Source: Lama guanicoe (lineage: Eukaryota). Taken from it: DNA of 64,000 nucleotides. The translations under genes and the position numbers were made by a program. Below are positions 63,351-64,000 of this stretch, one piece after another. The notes below the pieces were generated by a model. That model did no database searches. It saw nothing but the letters and a program-made list of their open reading frames with translations, and had not been told where the DNA came from. The stretch spans positions 716,676 through 780,675 of the forward strand of contig MU053629.1 of NCBI GenBank assembly GCA_013239625.1, written 5' to 3'. The stretch's first letter is position 1, and each line of letters opens with the position of its first letter.

Positions 63351-63442
63351 TTTTTTTTTTTTAAGTAGAGGTACTGGGCATTGAACCCAGGACCTCATGC
63401 ATGCAAAGCACGTGCTCTACCACTGAGCTATTCCCCAGCCCA
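63351..63442 (-). mobile_element. tRNA-derived SINE (Vic-1-like)
   Basis: T-tail, gaggtactgggcattgaacccaggacctcatgcatgc...ctctaccactgagcta; TSD ggttccata at 63341-63349 and 63443-63451. Confidence 0.88.
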
Positions 63443-64000
63443 GGTTCCATACTTTAGAACACATGAAAAATCCAATTTGGCTTTGACATCTTTTCCCCCT
63501 TGTAACTTTATGATAGAAATGGTTTTTAGCCTGTGAGCATTCATTTGGAGCATGGACACTACTCAAACGCCAGGCTTTGAGGGGAGTGCCTCCCAGATGA
63601 AGAGTTTGTCTTGGCAAACTTGGCTGTTGATGGACCTTGGTTCACAGAGCACAGCACTCTCAAGGAGCGGAGCTGGGTGCTGCGGGACTGAATGAATGAC
63701 GGGGCGGCAGATCCGAAAGGAAGTAAAGCCCTGGTTTTTCCCACCACTTAGGCTGATTACAGGTCAACTCTTTTTTAGCCAGCCACTGTCCTGGTTACCC
63801 GGAAGAGGGGAAAGTTTTGAAATATAAGGATTTTTTTTAAGGGACAGGATGACGTGGGAAATAGAAAAGCATGGTCTTTCCACAGTTACAGGTAAACCCA
63901 GGAAGAGGGTGTGAGGCTCTGTGCCGGCTTCTCGGAAGGAGCGCCTTGCAGAACCCCCACCCTGGCTCTGCAGGCCGGGCGGGAGGGCAGGCGGGCGAAG

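Noticed and set aside
42000..64000. Many 60-180 aa ORFs downstream of TLN2
   Set aside because: Expected by chance in GC-rich mammalian DNA; many start at non-ATG codons. No splice-consistent chain or known domain other than L1 remnants.

Overview
Mammalian genomic DNA, most likely camelid, judging from young tRNA-Ala-derived Vic-1-like SINEs. The + strand carries the last 11 coding exons of talin-2 (TLN2). They splice in frame with GT-AG introns into 464 aa plus stop (1395 nt; end of the rod, R13/I-LWEQ actin-binding bundle and dimerisation helix), followed by the 3' UTR. Inside TLN2 introns lie an intact miR-190a hairpin, a full-length antisense processed copy of the piRNA-pathway gene GTSF1 (poly-A tail and target-site duplication), and a nested L1>ERV>SINE cluster. 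One exon has a second, in-frame splice donor that adds 15 aa. Beyond about 42 kb the window is intergenic and repeat-rich (L1, MIR, L2, hAT elements, a solo LTR). I see no evidence of a wholly new multi-gene system. The most unusual signals are (i) the GTSF1 retrocopy, whose substitutions run overwhelmingly A/T->G/C and create CpGs, and which sits inside a 270-codon ORF opened by an ATG in flanking DNA, and (ii) the alternative donor in the actin-binding domain. Repeat family names and orthologue comparisons are from recalled consensus sequences, not database searches.
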